From Candidatus Latescibacterota bacterium (lineage in GTDB: Bacteria; Latescibacterota; UBA2968), in NCBI GenBank assembly GCA_965205975.1, contig OZ242195.1, forward strand, positions 3,008,001 to 3,072,000: a DNA stretch of 64,000 nt, read 5' to 3'. Shown piece by piece: positions 1 through 10,882 of this stretch. Within the stretch, counting starts at the first letter, position 1, and every line of letters begins with the position of its first letter. A model generated the notes under the pieces. That model was not told where the DNA came from. It was given only the letters and a program-made list of their open reading frames with translations, and ran no database searches. The position numbers and the translations under genes are program-made.

Positions 1-176
1 GGAGAGGTCTCAATCGTGACGGTATCGCCCACAACAATGCGAATATTAAAACGGCGCATTTTGCCCGACGTATAACCGAGAATCTGATGTCCTCCTTCAA
101 TCTCAACCTTGTATTGCCCATCGGGCAAAATATCGACAATCGTTCCTTCCAGTACAACTTTTTCTTCTTTTGCCAT
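1..176 (-). CDS. infA: Translation initiation factor IF-1 (3' end runs off the window)
   Basis: Manual translation from ATG at 176: MAKEEKVVLEGTIVDILPDGQYKVEIEGGHQILGYTSGKMRRFNIRIVVGDTVTIETS..., with the typical IF-1 SGKMR..IRI..GD.V motif. Not in the ORF track. Confidence 0.93.
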   Translation of the reverse strand, partial: MAKEEKVVLEGTIVDILPDGQYKVEIEGGHQILGYTSGKMRRFNIRIVVGDTVTIETS

Positions 177-345
177 ATAACCTCCAACTATGGGATGGAT
201 AAACTCGTCTCTCTTCTTTACACCATTTGGGATGCATAGAGCTAAAAATAAAGCCAGCCTTTCAATAAGATATGAGAGAAAATTTATGTTCACAAGTATT
301 TTTGACACGCAACCAATCTCCAAATTTTACACTTGAACGCACAGC

Positions 346-1530
346 TCAAAAAATGCGATAGCTCAGGGCAAAAAGAAGACTCTGTCTAAAAGGCAACCCT
401 TCTTCTTTGGAAATTTGCTCAATAGCCGTCAAGCTAATACTGTTTTCGACAAAAAATGTGAAACTGATATTTGAAATATATCTAAATCTCGCATCGTGAT
501 CGCGCTCTTTGCTGATGTGGAGTGTATTGGAACTCACAAAGGCAATTCTGTTGGTAATCTCGTAGATAAAATCGACATTCTGCCGAATATTATACTCTCG
601 CCTGAAATGGTCCCTCTTGAATGGCGTATCCAGTTTGAAATCCGTGTTGACCTGTATCTGCCAGCTAATAGGTCGCGAATACCGCACATTAAGAGCCAGA
701 GCAGGAGGAGGCCGTTCTATGTCTTTATCCCTGGTCTGTAATTGATACTGAACCCCCGCATTGACATCCCAACCAAAAAATCGGTCACTGATCTGCTCCT
801 GTGTGAGTACCTCGCGCATGCGAAAGAGGCCAACAGGACCAATATTGCCACCCCCGGTCACAAGACCGGTTTTGTCAATTTCACTGCTCATATCTTCGTA
901 CCAGTAGTGCAGATAGGTACGGCTACCGTAGATATTGCGGTACTCATCTTCTTTTTCAATAATTTGCCCAAGCGCGATCATCGTGTCTTTGGGCAGAAAA
1001 TCGCTAATAACGCCTTCTTCAAACAAAAAGTCTTCGATACGCACGGCTTTGCGCAGGGCGGTGGCATTGATAAATCGGCCATATCCAAGACCCAAAATGA
1101 CATCACTCTGCGGACGGTCAAAGCCCTTACGCATCAAAACATCGGGACTGACAAAATAGAAAAACTTATTGGTTTCCCGGAAATACTTTTGAACCTGTAT
1201 ATCGAGATTCATATCGTAAGTACCCGTGCGCTCAGAACCTTCAAATAAAAATTGGCGAAAATATGAAGCCGAACCGATTGCGTCGATAAAATACGCAAAC
1301 GGCAGGGAACTGTAGAACTTCTTGTACACAAGACCGATTTCGCCCTGTTCGTGTATAACTTCTTTGCCCTCAGTCGTAAAATTAAAACTCAACGCATCAA
1401 TGCGTAGATTATCCACCCGACTCACCGGTACTTTGTAGTCGGTGACCGAAACATTTTGCGCCTCTGCCGATGTTGTAAGTGCTGCAAGCATACAGCAGAC
1501 AAGTGCCTTTAATAGATATTGTGCATCCAT
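346..1530 (-). CDS. Exported hypothetical protein, probable outer-membrane beta-barrel
   Basis: Likely start MDAQYLL (ATG 1530) gives a signal peptide ending AEA. Amphipathic beta-strand pattern and terminal aromatic residue (LSYRIF). Confidence 0.55.
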   Translation of the reverse strand: MDAQYLLKALVCCMLAALTTSAEAQNVSVTDYKVPVSRVDNLRIDALSFNFTTEGKEVIHEQGEIGLVYKKFYSSLPFAYFIDAIGSASYFRQFLFEGSERTGTYDMNLDIQVQKYFRETNKFFYFVSPDVLMRKGFDRPQSDVILGLGYGRFINATALRKAVRIEDFLFEEGVISDFLPKDTMIALGQIIEKEDEYRNIYGSRTYLHYWYEDMSSEIDKTGLVTGGGNIGPVGLFRMREVLTQEQISDRFFGWDVNAGVQYQLQTRDKDIERPPPALALNVRYSRPISWQIQVNTDFKLDTPFKRDHFRREYNIRQNVDFIYEITNRIAFVSSNTLHISKERDHDARFRYISNISFTFFVENSISLTAIEQISKEEGLPFRQSLLFALSYRIF

Positions 1531-1604
1531 GGTCAGCCTCCGCGATAAGCTATTTGTCAGTCCAGCAAGTTGTTCCCAAAATGAACGAGCCTGATATCCG
1601 TTCT

Positions 1605-2570
1605 TCATTCTGTATTCTCCGGATTCATTTCAACTGCAGGTCTCGGAATGATAAAAATAATATCATCGTAATCCGCTGCGACGACTGTCTCCGTATTATT
1701 TGAATCGGTGAGCAACCCCAACAAATCGACTGGACGGGGATCACCACCGAACAGACGGCGATAGTCTTGATATGCATTCACCTCTTCCCAGACCCATTTC
1801 CCCAGATCATCTGTACCGCTGCGCAACACAATCATATGTTGTCTGCTACTCGAAATAACCGTGCCTTTGGGAAGTGTTTCGCTCCAGATATATTTGAGTG
1901 ATTTGGCTGCCTTGGGATTCCATTTACTTGCTCCAATAATCAGACGCACCGCAGCAGCACTATCGTTTTTGTCGGAGTTGGTTTCATTCGATCCCTCGGG
2001 CAAATTGTGTACCCGCCAGCGCCAGCGCAATTTCTGGAACGAACGCAAACTGATGTTGATTTCTCTGCCTCGAAATGTGACTTTTGCTTCTCTTCCAAAA
2101 TTTACGGCACCGCCTTTTGTTTTTGCATTCAGATAATGGTTATTATCTTCTTCTAAAATCCGATAGTAAACATCTTCTTTTTTTGTTTCTCTGTAAAACA
2201 GACCCGATCGCCCTCCCCAAATCTTGTCGGGATAAGTATTCAAAAATTTAGGATAATCAAAGGCATCGAGAACATAGGTCGAGTCCCCCGCAGGCGTGAC
2301 CCAGTGAGCAGGGGGTTGCGTGGGATCTGTTATTTTAAGTATTGTCGGAGGCTCGTGACCTGACCTGGACGGATCGGCCATTGCAGGATCAACAGCCGTA
2401 GAATCAACAGATACAGAGACAACCGGTTGGACGCCCGTAGAATCGGGACCGGCAGCAAAGCATACGCTGTATCTAAGATCAATAACAAATACCACGAGCA
2501 TGCACAGTCTGAGAACCATGTTTATCAAGTATATGCTAATAAAGTCAGTATGGGAACGCAATCCCATCAT
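1605..2570 (-). CDS. DUF3047-like exported protein
   Basis: LRWRWRV..LP.G, D.AA.V.., LKYIWS, W..E.VN...DY..LFG and TDSNNT..A.YDDI motifs; hydrophobic N-terminus; start uncertain. Confidence 0.75.
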   Translation of the reverse strand: MMGLRSHTDFISIYLINMVLRLCMLVVFVIDLRYSVCFAAGPDSTGVQPVVSVSVDSTAVDPAMADPSRSGHEPPTILKITDPTQPPAHWVTPAGDSTYVLDAFDYPKFLNTYPDKIWGGRSGLFYRETKKEDVYYRILEEDNNHYLNAKTKGGAVNFGREAKVTFRGREINISLRSFQKLRWRWRVHNLPEGSNETNSDKNDSAAAVRLIIGASKWNPKAAKSLKYIWSETLPKGTVISSSRQHMIVLRSGTDDLGKWVWEEVNAYQDYRRLFGGDPRPVDLLGLLTDSNNTETVVAADYDDIIFIIPRPAVEMNPENTE

Positions 2571-3445
2571 CCAACCCCGCCGTTACCAATAAAATATCGG
2601 CTTTTGTAAAGTTGATTTTCCGCATCGCTGGTGACAGCCGATAGAAATCCAGAACGGGCTGCGGCTGCACCCCAATTGCCATATTTGTCAATGGCGATAT
2701 AAGCCATCTGAAAAGGTCGCGCAGAGGGAACGCGCACAATGAGATGTTGTACAACAGCTTCGCAGGCTTCCTGCGGAGATTTGCCCTGCCGCATGTGTTC
2801 AACAACAGCAAACGATCCGCAGGTACGAGCGATCTCCTCACCACGTCCAGTGGCTGCGGCAGCACCTGCGTCATTATCCGCATAAAGTCCCGAACCAATA
2901 AGCGGTGAATCGCCAACACGACCGGGCAACTTAAACGCCGCACCACTTGTAGTACAAGCTGCCGCGAGATTTCCGCGCTGGTCAAGCGCGATCATACCAA
3001 TGGTATCGTGGACATCTGCGGGAGGACCTGTTTGCTCCCTTTTCCATTTTTCCCAGGCTTCTCGCCCATGCTCGGTAAGCATATTACATTCTTCAAAGCC
3101 CTGTGCGCGCGCAAATTTCAGCGCGCCATTGCCCACCAGAAAAACGTGATCTGTTTTCTCCATCACGCGCCGCGCCACAGCAGTGGGTGTGGCAATCTTT
3201 CTAAGCCCAGCCACCGCACCATAACTGAGGGTGCGCCCGTCAACAACCGCGGCATCGACTTCGACCTCGCCCTCGGCATTGGGATATCCGCCGAAACCAA
3301 CGCTCTTGACAGCAGGATCGCGTTCCGCCACCTCAACACCCCGCACAACGGCATCGAGCGCAGAACCACCGCTTTTCAAAATTTTCCAGGCGGGCTGATT
3401 AGAAGCCAGACCAAAGCGCCATGTGGATACAACAATGTGGGACAT
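2567..3445 (-). CDS. N(4)-(beta-N-acetylglucosaminyl)-L-asparaginase (Ntn hydrolase, Asparaginase_2 family)
   Basis: STW, SVGFGGYP, HD|TIG autocleavage site, GRVGDSPLIGSGLY and ATG.GEE motifs. Confidence 0.88.
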   Translation of the reverse strand: MSHIVVSTWRFGLASNQPAWKILKSGGSALDAVVRGVEVAERDPAVKSVGFGGYPNAEGEVEVDAAVVDGRTLSYGAVAGLRKIATPTAVARRVMEKTDHVFLVGNGALKFARAQGFEECNMLTEHGREAWEKWKREQTGPPADVHDTIGMIALDQRGNLAAACTTSGAAFKLPGRVGDSPLIGSGLYADNDAGAAAATGRGEEIARTCGSFAVVEHMRQGKSPQEACEAVVQHLIVRVPSARPFQMAYIAIDKYGNWGAAAARSGFLSAVTSDAENQLYKSRYFIGNGGVG

Positions 3446-3474
3446 CGCCTTCTTTCTATTTTAGAATTTTTTAC

Positions 3475-4770
3475 CTATTCTCCCATCGCCCGGTAAATCG
3501 CATTTCGCGTACCTTCGAGATCAAAGCACTCGTACTGGTTGTCGTACATCACACGCGACGCAATATGCATAGCCTGTGATTCGGTTAGATATCCCTCTTC
3601 TACTTCGGCCTCAAGAGTTTTGTCAAGCCAGAAGCGGGTTTGAAATGCGTAGGCAGCGGCACTGGTGGGCCAGCGCGTATCGCCGCCAAAAACAAAGAGC
3701 TTATTGATGGGAGCACCGTGTATAAATCGGCGGACAAAATCGCTCGAGGCGTAGGGATTGATAGACCAGGCCCAGCACAGATCTGCCCAGACATTTTTGT
3801 AGTGCTTGGTCAGCGCGATGAGTTCATCGCTGTAGGGATAGGCAATGTGCATAAGCACAAAGCGGGCGTCGAGATATTTAGCCAAAAGCGCGCAGAGATT
3901 GCCAGCTTTGATGCGATCTACAGGCATGCGATTGTTACCGGCGTAATAGCCCGTATGGATTTTGAAAGGCAAATTGTGTTCAATAGTCAGTTCCACACCG
4001 CGTGCCCAGCACCAATCGCCAAGGCACAATCGCATGGACTCGGAAACATTGTTATTCGAGCTAAGCGTGGCGTAAAGCGCGCGTTCGACATCGCCGCGGG
4101 CACGCGCTTGCCAATTGAGGGTGCGATTGTACGCATGTTGGGCTTTAACCGCAATGGCACAAGGCGCATGTTTCTCAAATATGGCCTCCATCGCCTTCTG
4201 AAGAGAATCGAGATCAACAACAGTAATACCAGTGTCTTTGGCAATGGCTTCCTGGTCTATATGCCCACTGCAAAACCCCGCCCATGAGAGATCGTAAAGA
4301 AAAAAGTCTGGTCCAGATTCATCGGGGTCACAGGGCCAGGAAGAATCATCGGTTTGAATATGATCGAGATTCGCGACTTCGCGCAGCAAATTGTAGCGAC
4401 CGCCAGGGGTACGCAATTCGGTCAGTTTTTCCTGTGCGGGCGCGAGCACATCGGGCGTGAATTCATCAAAACCATACACATCGGTGACAATGCGCCGCAC
4501 AGCCTCGCCATAACCCGTATATTGCGTGGCCTCCCACGCCGCGCGAACACCTTCAAAACGCCCGGCGAGGTCTGGGTCTGAGGCATCCGTAAGACGACGC
4601 AGAGCTTCGGGCGATGCACCAGCCGTAATGAGGTCCGCAGGCACATAATTGCCAAAAAGGTCCTGTAATACGTCGGGGCCATTATCGGTCCAATCGGACT
4701 CCCGACGAAGATGCTCGTGCGTATCGCACAGCGCGGTTTGTTCGATATGTTCAGATAAATTGGTAGTCAT
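3475..4770 (-). CDS. Amidohydrolase superfamily protein (uronate-isomerase-like TIM barrel)
   Basis: DTHEH metal motif, KIHTG, LMH..YPY and FGGD. Start taken at MTTNLS. Confidence 0.75.
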   Translation of the reverse strand: MTTNLSEHIEQTALCDTHEHLRRESDWTDNGPDVLQDLFGNYVPADLITAGASPEALRRLTDASDPDLAGRFEGVRAAWEATQYTGYGEAVRRIVTDVYGFDEFTPDVLAPAQEKLTELRTPGGRYNLLREVANLDHIQTDDSSWPCDPDESGPDFFLYDLSWAGFCSGHIDQEAIAKDTGITVVDLDSLQKAMEAIFEKHAPCAIAVKAQHAYNRTLNWQARARGDVERALYATLSSNNNVSESMRLCLGDWCWARGVELTIEHNLPFKIHTGYYAGNNRMPVDRIKAGNLCALLAKYLDARFVLMHIAYPYSDELIALTKHYKNVWADLCWAWSINPYASSDFVRRFIHGAPINKLFVFGGDTRWPTSAAAYAFQTRFWLDKTLEAEVEEGYLTESQAMHIASRVMYDNQYECFDLEGTRNAIYRAMGE

Positions 4771-4787
4771 GGTGTTTATTCCTTTCA

Positions 4788-5555
4788 TCATCTCGCAACT
4801 TTCAACCAATATCCCCCATCCACGCTCAACACCGTCCCCGTAATATAGTCGGCAGCATCGGAACAGAGAAACGCGGCGGCATTGGCAATATCTTCCGGCG
4901 TCCCCAGACGCTTCCAGGGCAACGCAGTAGCAGCCTCGCGGATCTGTTCTTCCGTCGCATATTGACGCTCGCCGGGCGTGTCGATATACCCGGGCGTAAT
5001 CACATTGGCGCGAATGCGTTGGTCGGTAAGTTCATTGGCAATAGTCGCCGACATCTGATTGATCCCCGCCTTTGCCGCATTATAGGGCAACGAAGTAGAA
5101 AAGGGAATATTGGACAAAACAGAACTGATAAAGAGAATCGCTCCCCCATCGCCCTGTTTGACCATCTGGCGGGCACCGGCCTGTGCCATGTGGAAAGCGC
5201 CCCAAAACGTGACATCAAGCGTGCGACGTGCGCCATTCAGTTCCAGATCGAGAAACGGTTCGCGCTTGCTGTAATACGCATTGGAAACCACAATATCCAG
5301 ACGCCCAAATTGCTCAACCGCAACGGCGATCATCGCATCTACCGCATCGCGGTCAGACACATCTGCGCCATAGACAAGCGCGTCAGACCCCGCATCGCGA
5401 ATCTCAGCGGCAACTTCCTCGGCCTCGTCGGGATGCGTGCGATAATTGACCACAACCTTTGCGCCCGAACGCCCCATCCGAAGGGCAATACCGCGCCCTA
5501 TACCGCGCGACGCGCCAGAAATAAGCGCGACCTTTCCATCCAAATTGATATTCAT
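4788..5555 (-). CDS. Short-chain dehydrogenase/reductase (glucose-1-dehydrogenase/FabG-like)
   Basis: GASRGIG, YNAAK catalytic motif, PGYIDT, VDGG. Confidence 0.9.
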   Translation of the reverse strand: MNINLDGKVALISGASRGIGRGIALRMGRSGAKVVVNYRTHPDEAEEVAAEIRDAGSDALVYGADVSDRDAVDAMIAVAVEQFGRLDIVVSNAYYSKREPFLDLELNGARRTLDVTFWGAFHMAQAGARQMVKQGDGGAILFISSVLSNIPFSTSLPYNAAKAGINQMSATIANELTDQRIRANVITPGYIDTPGERQYATEEQIREAATALPWKRLGTPEDIANAAAFLCSDAADYITGTVLSVDGGYWLKVAR

Positions 5556-5567
5556 AGAGAACTCCTT

Positions 5568-5999
5568 TTAATAGGGAAAAAAGAGATCTGGCTTCACCTT
5601 GAAATGTCGTGTCAAGATACGAATATGTGTTTTGCTCAACTCCTGTTCCTCAGAGAGAAGTTGCTGTACCAATGAGACGGGTTCTCCCAAAATTTCGCCG
5701 AGTTGAGACAAATTTATATCGTTTTGTTCTAAGAGATACTTGAGCGATTGAACAGGAGAGAGATGATCCAATTGCGATGCGTAATATTGATGATCGTACT
5801 TGCTGATGAGTTCGCCGAGCGTTTCAAGATAGTCATCCTGATCTCTCGTTCTTTCATTTAACACGGCAAGTTGATCCGCAATAGCCACCGCATTTTCATA
5901 GTCAATATCATCGCGAATAGGCCGAAGCTGATGAACCATATTCAACGCCTCAAATGTATCGGGCATAGGATCGGGAAGAACTGCTATGGCATTTTTCAT
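5568..5999 (-). CDS. higA: HigA-like antitoxin, HTH transcriptional regulator
   Basis: RPIRDD.DY..A, LI..YD, LKYLLEQ and C-terminal HTH (LSK.HIR.L..HF.V.P.LF); overlaps the upstream toxin gene. Confidence 0.8.
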   Translation of the reverse strand: MKNAIAVLPDPMPDTFEALNMVHQLRPIRDDIDYENAVAIADQLAVLNERTRDQDDYLETLGELISKYDHQYYASQLDHLSPVQSLKYLLEQNDINLSQLGEILGEPVSLVQQLLSEEQELSKTHIRILTRHFKVKPDLFFPY

Positions 6000-6307
6000 A
6001 ATCTATCCTTCCACTGATTTTGGTTGTATTCGCTGTGCGTCATGATACGCAATACAAAAACCATGCCTGAGTTAAAATGGATAGCAGCAATGAGTCGATG
6101 TCGGTTTCGTTCAATATTAAATACATATACTGTTTTGCCACTCCCTACTTGAACGGGATCGACATTATTGAACGTGTGTTTTATATCTGATGGATTTTGC
6201 CATTCAGCTAAAAGCGTGGTTTTTTCCCAGTGTTCTAATGATGACCGAGCACCGGGATATTTATTTGCGTATTCCCGCAGTCGTTTCAACGTTATGATAC
6301 GTTTCAT
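5996..6307 (-). CDS. higB: HigB-family toxin (mRNA interferase)
   Basis: MKRIIT.K.L.EY, W.NP.DIK.TF, VFNI..N.HRLI..IHF and .THSEY motifs; toxin-first gene order. Confidence 0.85.
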   Translation of the reverse strand: MKRIITLKRLREYANKYPGARSSLEHWEKTTLLAEWQNPSDIKHTFNNVDPVQVGSGKTVYVFNIERNRHRLIAAIHFNSGMVFVLRIMTHSEYNQNQWKDRL

Positions 6308-6322
6308 AAATTTATATGCTTC

Positions 6323-6742
6323 TCAATCCGCGAGCAGACCGATACCAGGCCACTGGTCATCGCTGGAAGTAATATCCACAGTGATGCCATCGGGATCCTC
6401 TACTTTGAACGCGCCCTCCTCGAGCTTATCCGGAGCCAGGGGCTCTTTACCGCCCAGACCATCGGAAAAAATCTCGTAGCCCATATCCGTCAACCGCCGC
6501 GCCGCAGCTTCCAGATCGGGAACCCGAATACCAATATGCAAATAATCCAGCATCCCGCTGACGTGCTCTGGGCGAGAAGGCCCATTGTGCTGAAAAATGC
6601 GAAAATTGTGATACCCATCGGTCAGATCAAAAGATTGACCTCGATCCTGAACGAGACGCAAACCCAGACCATCTCGCCAGAAGCGGATGGTCTCATCGAT
6701 ATCTGTGGCGCGCACGCCAATATGAACAAGTGCAGTAGCCAT
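6323..6742 (-). CDS. VOC/glyoxalase family protein
   Basis: HIGVRATD.....FW...LGL, HIGIRV.DL and DPDG..VDI motifs. ATG 6742 follows an AGGAGG RBS. Confidence 0.8.
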   Translation of the reverse strand: MATALVHIGVRATDIDETIRFWRDGLGLRLVQDRGQSFDLTDGYHNFRIFQHNGPSRPEHVSGMLDYLHIGIRVPDLEAAARRLTDMGYEIFSDGLGGKEPLAPDKLEEGAFKVEDPDGITVDITSSDDQWPGIGLLAD

Positions 6743-6777
6743 GAGTATTCCTCCTGTTGAAGTATAATCTGTATCTT

Positions 6778-6801
6778 GGGCGAGGCATGCCTCGCCCCTA
6801 C
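6778..6801. repeat. GTAG-type REP-like palindrome (copy 1)
   Basis: Perfect 20-bp palindrome GGGCGAGGCATGCCTCGCCC followed by CTAC; identical copy at 34729-34752. Confidence 0.8.
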
Positions 6802-6830
6802 GCTCTGTGGTTCTTTCGCTTTTTGCTTTT

Positions 6831-6858
6831 ATCTGTGTTATCTGCGTCATCTGCGGAT
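6831..6858. repeat. Short tandem repeat, family (CATCTGCGT[C])n-ATCTGCGGATA
   Basis: Related copies at 36918-36947, 51891-51922 and 58785-58824. Confidence 0.75.
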
Positions 6859-6878
6859 ACTTTTGCCTTTCCTCACCA

Positions 6879-8624
6879 CTAATCCCACAACTGCCGCATC
6901 TCCGCACACGATTCGATCAACTCGTCCAGCGTCCCCACGCCCTCAATACGACCATTTTTCAGAACGACAATTTGATCTGCGCGGCGAAGCGCAGGACGGC
7001 GGTGAGAAACCACGAGACAGGTAGCCCGGCGGTGTTCAAAAACGCGCCGCCAGAGAACGCGCTCGGTTTCGACATCCAGCGCAGAAGACAAATCGTCGAA
7101 GACCAGAAGTTCGGGATCGCGAATAAACATGCGGGCTGCAGCAGTGCGCTGAATTTGACCGCCGGAAAGTTTGACACCGCGCGGTCCAACAATTGTATCC
7201 AGACCGTTTTCAAGGGTGGGAATATCGGTCTCCATAACACCATTGTAAAGCGCGTGTTCGAGTGCTTGTGGATCATCGGGCAACCCCAAAAGAATATTAT
7301 CGCGCAGAGACTCGCTGAAAAGACGCGGGATTTGCGGCGTATAAGCACAGCGAGGAGGCGCAAAAAAAGTTTTGGGATCCGCGACCTTCTCACCATTCCA
7401 GTAAATATCCCCATCCGCAATCGGAAGAACACCCATAAGCGCGCGGATAAGCGTGGTCTTGCCCGATCCGATTTGCCCCGTAATAACCGTAAACGATCCA
7501 GCGGGAATGACGAGATCAATATTGTAAATCCCATTTGTAGATTTGGGATAAATATAAGTCATATTCCGAATGGTGAGTGCGTTGAGCCTGTCCGATTCCA
7601 CACGGGATGGCAAACGCAGTTCGTCGGGTTCTCCATTGAGATAAACATCCGTGTGTTGAGAGATGCGTTCTCGGGGAATATCTTCAATCGTATAAGCCAT
7701 CCGAAAATAAGAAACTTCGGCGCGTTTGTGATTGGTGAGAAGGGTCCCGAGCAAGGAGCCGCTTCGGGCAACCTGACCGACATAAGTGGCAAAAAGTGCC
7801 ATATCGCCAACCGTGAACGCACCCGACTTCATTTTTTCCGCCACGAGGATCAGGATAACGCCCGTGGCAATATGCCCCAGATTGAAATTGATCGAACTGA
7901 GAATCTGAGTGAAGAGATTGTCGATAAGAGTAGAAGTGCGGCGCGCATCATTGAGTCGTCGAAAATGGTCAATCACATGGGCTTGCGTGGTAGCGACTTT
8001 GACAGCGAGGATAGATTGAAACATCTCGTTGATAAAATTGGTAGATCGCTCTGTTGCAACGCGCTGTGCGGTGCGGTATTTGTGAATATAATTGCGGGCA
8101 AAATCCACAACAATAACCACACCTATCGCCGGTATAATTGTAATAAAAGTGATATAGGGATCGATTCTCGACATATAAAAAATGGCGAGTACCGCAAATA
8201 CGAGATTGCCCCACATGTGGATATATCGATTGAGGTATTGAATAATGCCCAACACATCGTCTCGAAATCGGTTGGTCACCTCGCCAGAAGCGGTGGAAAT
8301 CTTTCCCGGATCTCGAACTTCCAGAATAGCAGTCATAAGATTTTTCCGCAAAAGCGTTTCAATAGCATACCACCAGCGCGGCCATGCAAAAGCCGAACCC
8401 AGAAGGGCGATGCGGTTGCCAAACTCAACAGCGACAAAAAGTGCGACAAGCGACCAGGCAGTGAACCCCGCCTCGGCTTGACCGGTGAGCGCGTCAAAAA
8501 AGCCCTTCATAATAACGCCCGCGAGAAAGGGCGCAACATCGTCAATCCCGCGAAAAAATATCGTAGTTAAAAAAAGGCCGGGACGGAACTTGAGCAACCG
8601 CCATGTCGTTTGCCCCATCGTCAT
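6879..8624 (-). CDS. ABC exporter, fused TMD+NBD (heterodimer subunit B)
   Basis: Multiple TM helices, Walker [14 protein letters not shown] signature, degenerate Walker B (FDD), SHR. Confidence 0.9.
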   Translation of the reverse strand: MTMGQTTWRLLKFRPGLFLTTIFFRGIDDVAPFLAGVIMKGFFDALTGQAEAGFTAWSLVALFVAVEFGNRIALLGSAFAWPRWWYAIETLLRKNLMTAILEVRDPGKISTASGEVTNRFRDDVLGIIQYLNRYIHMWGNLVFAVLAIFYMSRIDPYITFITIIPAIGVVIVVDFARNYIHKYRTAQRVATERSTNFINEMFQSILAVKVATTQAHVIDHFRRLNDARRTSTLIDNLFTQILSSINFNLGHIATGVILILVAEKMKSGAFTVGDMALFATYVGQVARSGSLLGTLLTNHKRAEVSYFRMAYTIEDIPRERISQHTDVYLNGEPDELRLPSRVESDRLNALTIRNMTYIYPKSTNGIYNIDLVIPAGSFTVITGQIGSGKTTLIRALMGVLPIADGDIYWNGEKVADPKTFFAPPRCAYTPQIPRLFSESLRDNILLGLPDDPQALEHALYNGVMETDIPTLENGLDTIVGPRGVKLSGGQIQRTAAARMFIRDPELLVFDDLSSALDVETERVLWRRVFEHRRATCLVVSHRRPALRRADQIVVLKNGRIEGVGTLDELIESCAEMRQLWD

Positions 8625-10363
8625 GCGATAAGTTCCTCCAGACCCGTATTGAGCAGGCGTGAAAACTGCGAATTTGGATCTTCGACCAATTCTTTGCGAA
8701 GGCCAAATTCCCGCACCTGCCCATCGTCGAGAATGAGAATATTATCCACGCGCTCTACGGTCTCAAGGCGATGCGCGATAATAATACCCGTGCGATTCTG
8801 CAACAGGCGTTCCACTGCAAAATTGATATTCTGCTCGGTTGCGGGATCGAGCCGCGATGAAGGCTCGTCCAAAATGATCAGACCGGGATCTTTGAGGAAA
8901 ACGCGGACAAAGGCGAGCAACTGGGCTTCGCCAGCCGAGAGACTACCCGAGACGAGTTCGGTCTCCAAACCATCGGGCAATGATGCATACCACGTACCGA
9001 GGCCGAGGTCATCCAGTGTGGCGACAATTTTTTTATCCGAAACATCGGGCCGAAAAAGGGTGAGATTGTCGCGTACGCTGGCATTAAAAAGCTGCACATC
9101 CTGCGTAACGAGACCGACGTGTTGCCGCAAATCATCGAGCAAAATATCCCGGATATTTTGATCCCCAATGCGAATTTGTCCGCGCTGAATATCGTAAAAG
9201 CGAAAGAGCAAGCGAGTAATCGTAGTTTTACCACTGCCCGTGCGCCCCAATAGGCCGAGAGTTTTGCCCGGGTCGAGAGAAAAAGAAATATTCCGCAGAA
9301 CGGAATCGCCGGGATTGTACGCAAAATGGACATTGTCAAACGCAATGCCCAAAGAATGATCATCAGCCAATTTTTCATTTCCATCCCGAATGCGGGTCTG
9401 GACGCGGTGCAATTCTTCAATGCGTTTAAGCCCGGCGGTAGCGCGTTGCAAATCGTTGATCTGCTGGCTAATTTGAAAAAGCGGTTCGCGCAACATCGAC
9501 GTATAGTGAAAAACGAGAAAAACCGCGCCAATTGTAAACGTACCCTCCCGATAAAGCCAGATACCCATCCCCATTGCAAGCGCGTAACCGAGCGCGAACA
9601 TAATGCCGGTAATAGCACGCAATCCCTCGCTCATAATTTCGGATTTCTTCACACGGGCAAAAACGCCGTTATTCACATTGTAAAACCGATTCACGGTATA
9701 ATCACCTGCACCATTTGTGCGGATGTCTTCAAGACCGATCAATCGCTCTTCGATAAATCCGTACAAACGCGCATAACTCTCGCGTTCAGCCGTATAAATG
9801 GGCACGGCAATATTGCGCGTGAGATTAAAAACAATAAAAGCGAGAATCGAAAAAGCCGTCAGCGCTGCGCCCACGCGCCAATCTTCGCGAAAGACGAGAA
9901 TAAGGACGCCCAAAAGAAAAAATGAGCTTCCAATAACATGGATGACAAATTGGGAAAAAAAATTAGAAAGCGCCGTCGTATCGCCGTCAACGCGCTCGAT
10001 CATCTCGCCCGGAGTATGCTCGTGGTGAAAGCCCATATCGAGATTGAGACAGTGGTGCGCGAGCGTATTCCGCATCTGATTCGTCGCGCGCCAGCCCACA
10101 TCTTGCCCGAGATAAGAACTCACAATTTGCACGCCCTGGCGAATAATGCCAATAGCGAGAAACGCGATACCCGCCCATACCAGATTTTGCACGGCTCCAT
10201 CTGCCTGCGCTGTATCAATAAAATATCGGACGATTTGGGGATTGAGCAGATTGAGACCAATGCCGGTAAACATGAAAACGCCAAGAAAAACAACGCGCTT
10301 CCAATGAGGGCGAAGATAGTGTATCAGGAGGGTGGCATAATGCCTGAGAGGGACGCGTTCCAA
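8621..10363 (-). CDS. ABC exporter, fused TMD+NBD (heterodimer subunit A)
   Basis: [13 protein letters not shown] signature, ILDEPSS, AHRL; overlaps the partner gene by 4 nt. Confidence 0.9.
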   Translation of the reverse strand: MERVPLRHYATLLIHYLRPHWKRVVFLGVFMFTGIGLNLLNPQIVRYFIDTAQADGAVQNLVWAGIAFLAIGIIRQGVQIVSSYLGQDVGWRATNQMRNTLAHHCLNLDMGFHHEHTPGEMIERVDGDTTALSNFFSQFVIHVIGSSFFLLGVLILVFREDWRVGAALTAFSILAFIVFNLTRNIAVPIYTAERESYARLYGFIEERLIGLEDIRTNGAGDYTVNRFYNVNNGVFARVKKSEIMSEGLRAITGIMFALGYALAMGMGIWLYREGTFTIGAVFLVFHYTSMLREPLFQISQQINDLQRATAGLKRIEELHRVQTRIRDGNEKLADDHSLGIAFDNVHFAYNPGDSVLRNISFSLDPGKTLGLLGRTGSGKTTITRLLFRFYDIQRGQIRIGDQNIRDILLDDLRQHVGLVTQDVQLFNASVRDNLTLFRPDVSDKKIVATLDDLGLGTWYASLPDGLETELVSGSLSAGEAQLLAFVRVFLKDPGLIILDEPSSRLDPATEQNINFAVERLLQNRTGIIIAHRLETVERVDNILILDDGQVREFGLRKELVEDPNSQFSRLLNTGLEELIA

Positions 10364-10527
10364 GAGGATTCCCGAAGTGGGTGAAAAAAATGGACATCCA
10401 AATCGCTCAAAGTTCTTGAAAATTAAGAGGTCGCATGTTAATTTCCAAATGAAATTTAATCACTAACACCGTCATCCAAACATTGAAGCTTGTCTTTGAG
10501 TGATTTGAAGGATATATTTTACCGTAA

Positions 10528-10860
10528 ATGAAACTGCCGAACAGGGAAAAAGCGCATATACCTCGAGAGAAAATCCTTGATTATCTCCTTTCGCCGACAC
10601 ATCGGGATGGAAAACCCAAGCATGATTTTTTTATTCGGTTTGGATTTACACGGGAACGCTGGGAACAGTTAGCAGATGTATTGATCCAACATGCACAATC
10701 TCATGATGTCCAGGCATTTTTTGAAACACCTTTTGGCTATCGATATATTATTGAAGGAATAATTATGTGCCCCGATGGTCGCCAGCCCGTAATTTTAAGT
10801 GTTTGGTTTATTGATGTCCGTGGCAATGCGCCCCGATTGGTGACTGCGTATCCGGCTTGA
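10528..10860 (+). CDS. DUF6883-like protein (putative toxin/nuclease-like)
   Basis: MKLPN...A.I...K...YLL...H..G..K..FF...GF, then PDGR.P....VW and PRLVTAYP; AT-richer than the flanks. Confidence 0.7.
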   Translation: MKLPNREKAHIPREKILDYLLSPTHRDGKPKHDFFIRFGFTRERWEQLADVLIQHAQSHDVQAFFETPFGYRYIIEGIIMCPDGRQPVILSVWFIDVRGNAPRLVTAYPA

Positions 10861-10882
10861 TAAGTGTATTTTGAGGATAGCT

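Noticed and set aside
6807..8570. 587-aa plus-strand ORF and similar long antisense ORFs (e.g. 32568-33731, 46084-47139, 15914-16909)
   Set aside because: Shadow frames opposite well-supported genes, with no recognisable motifs.
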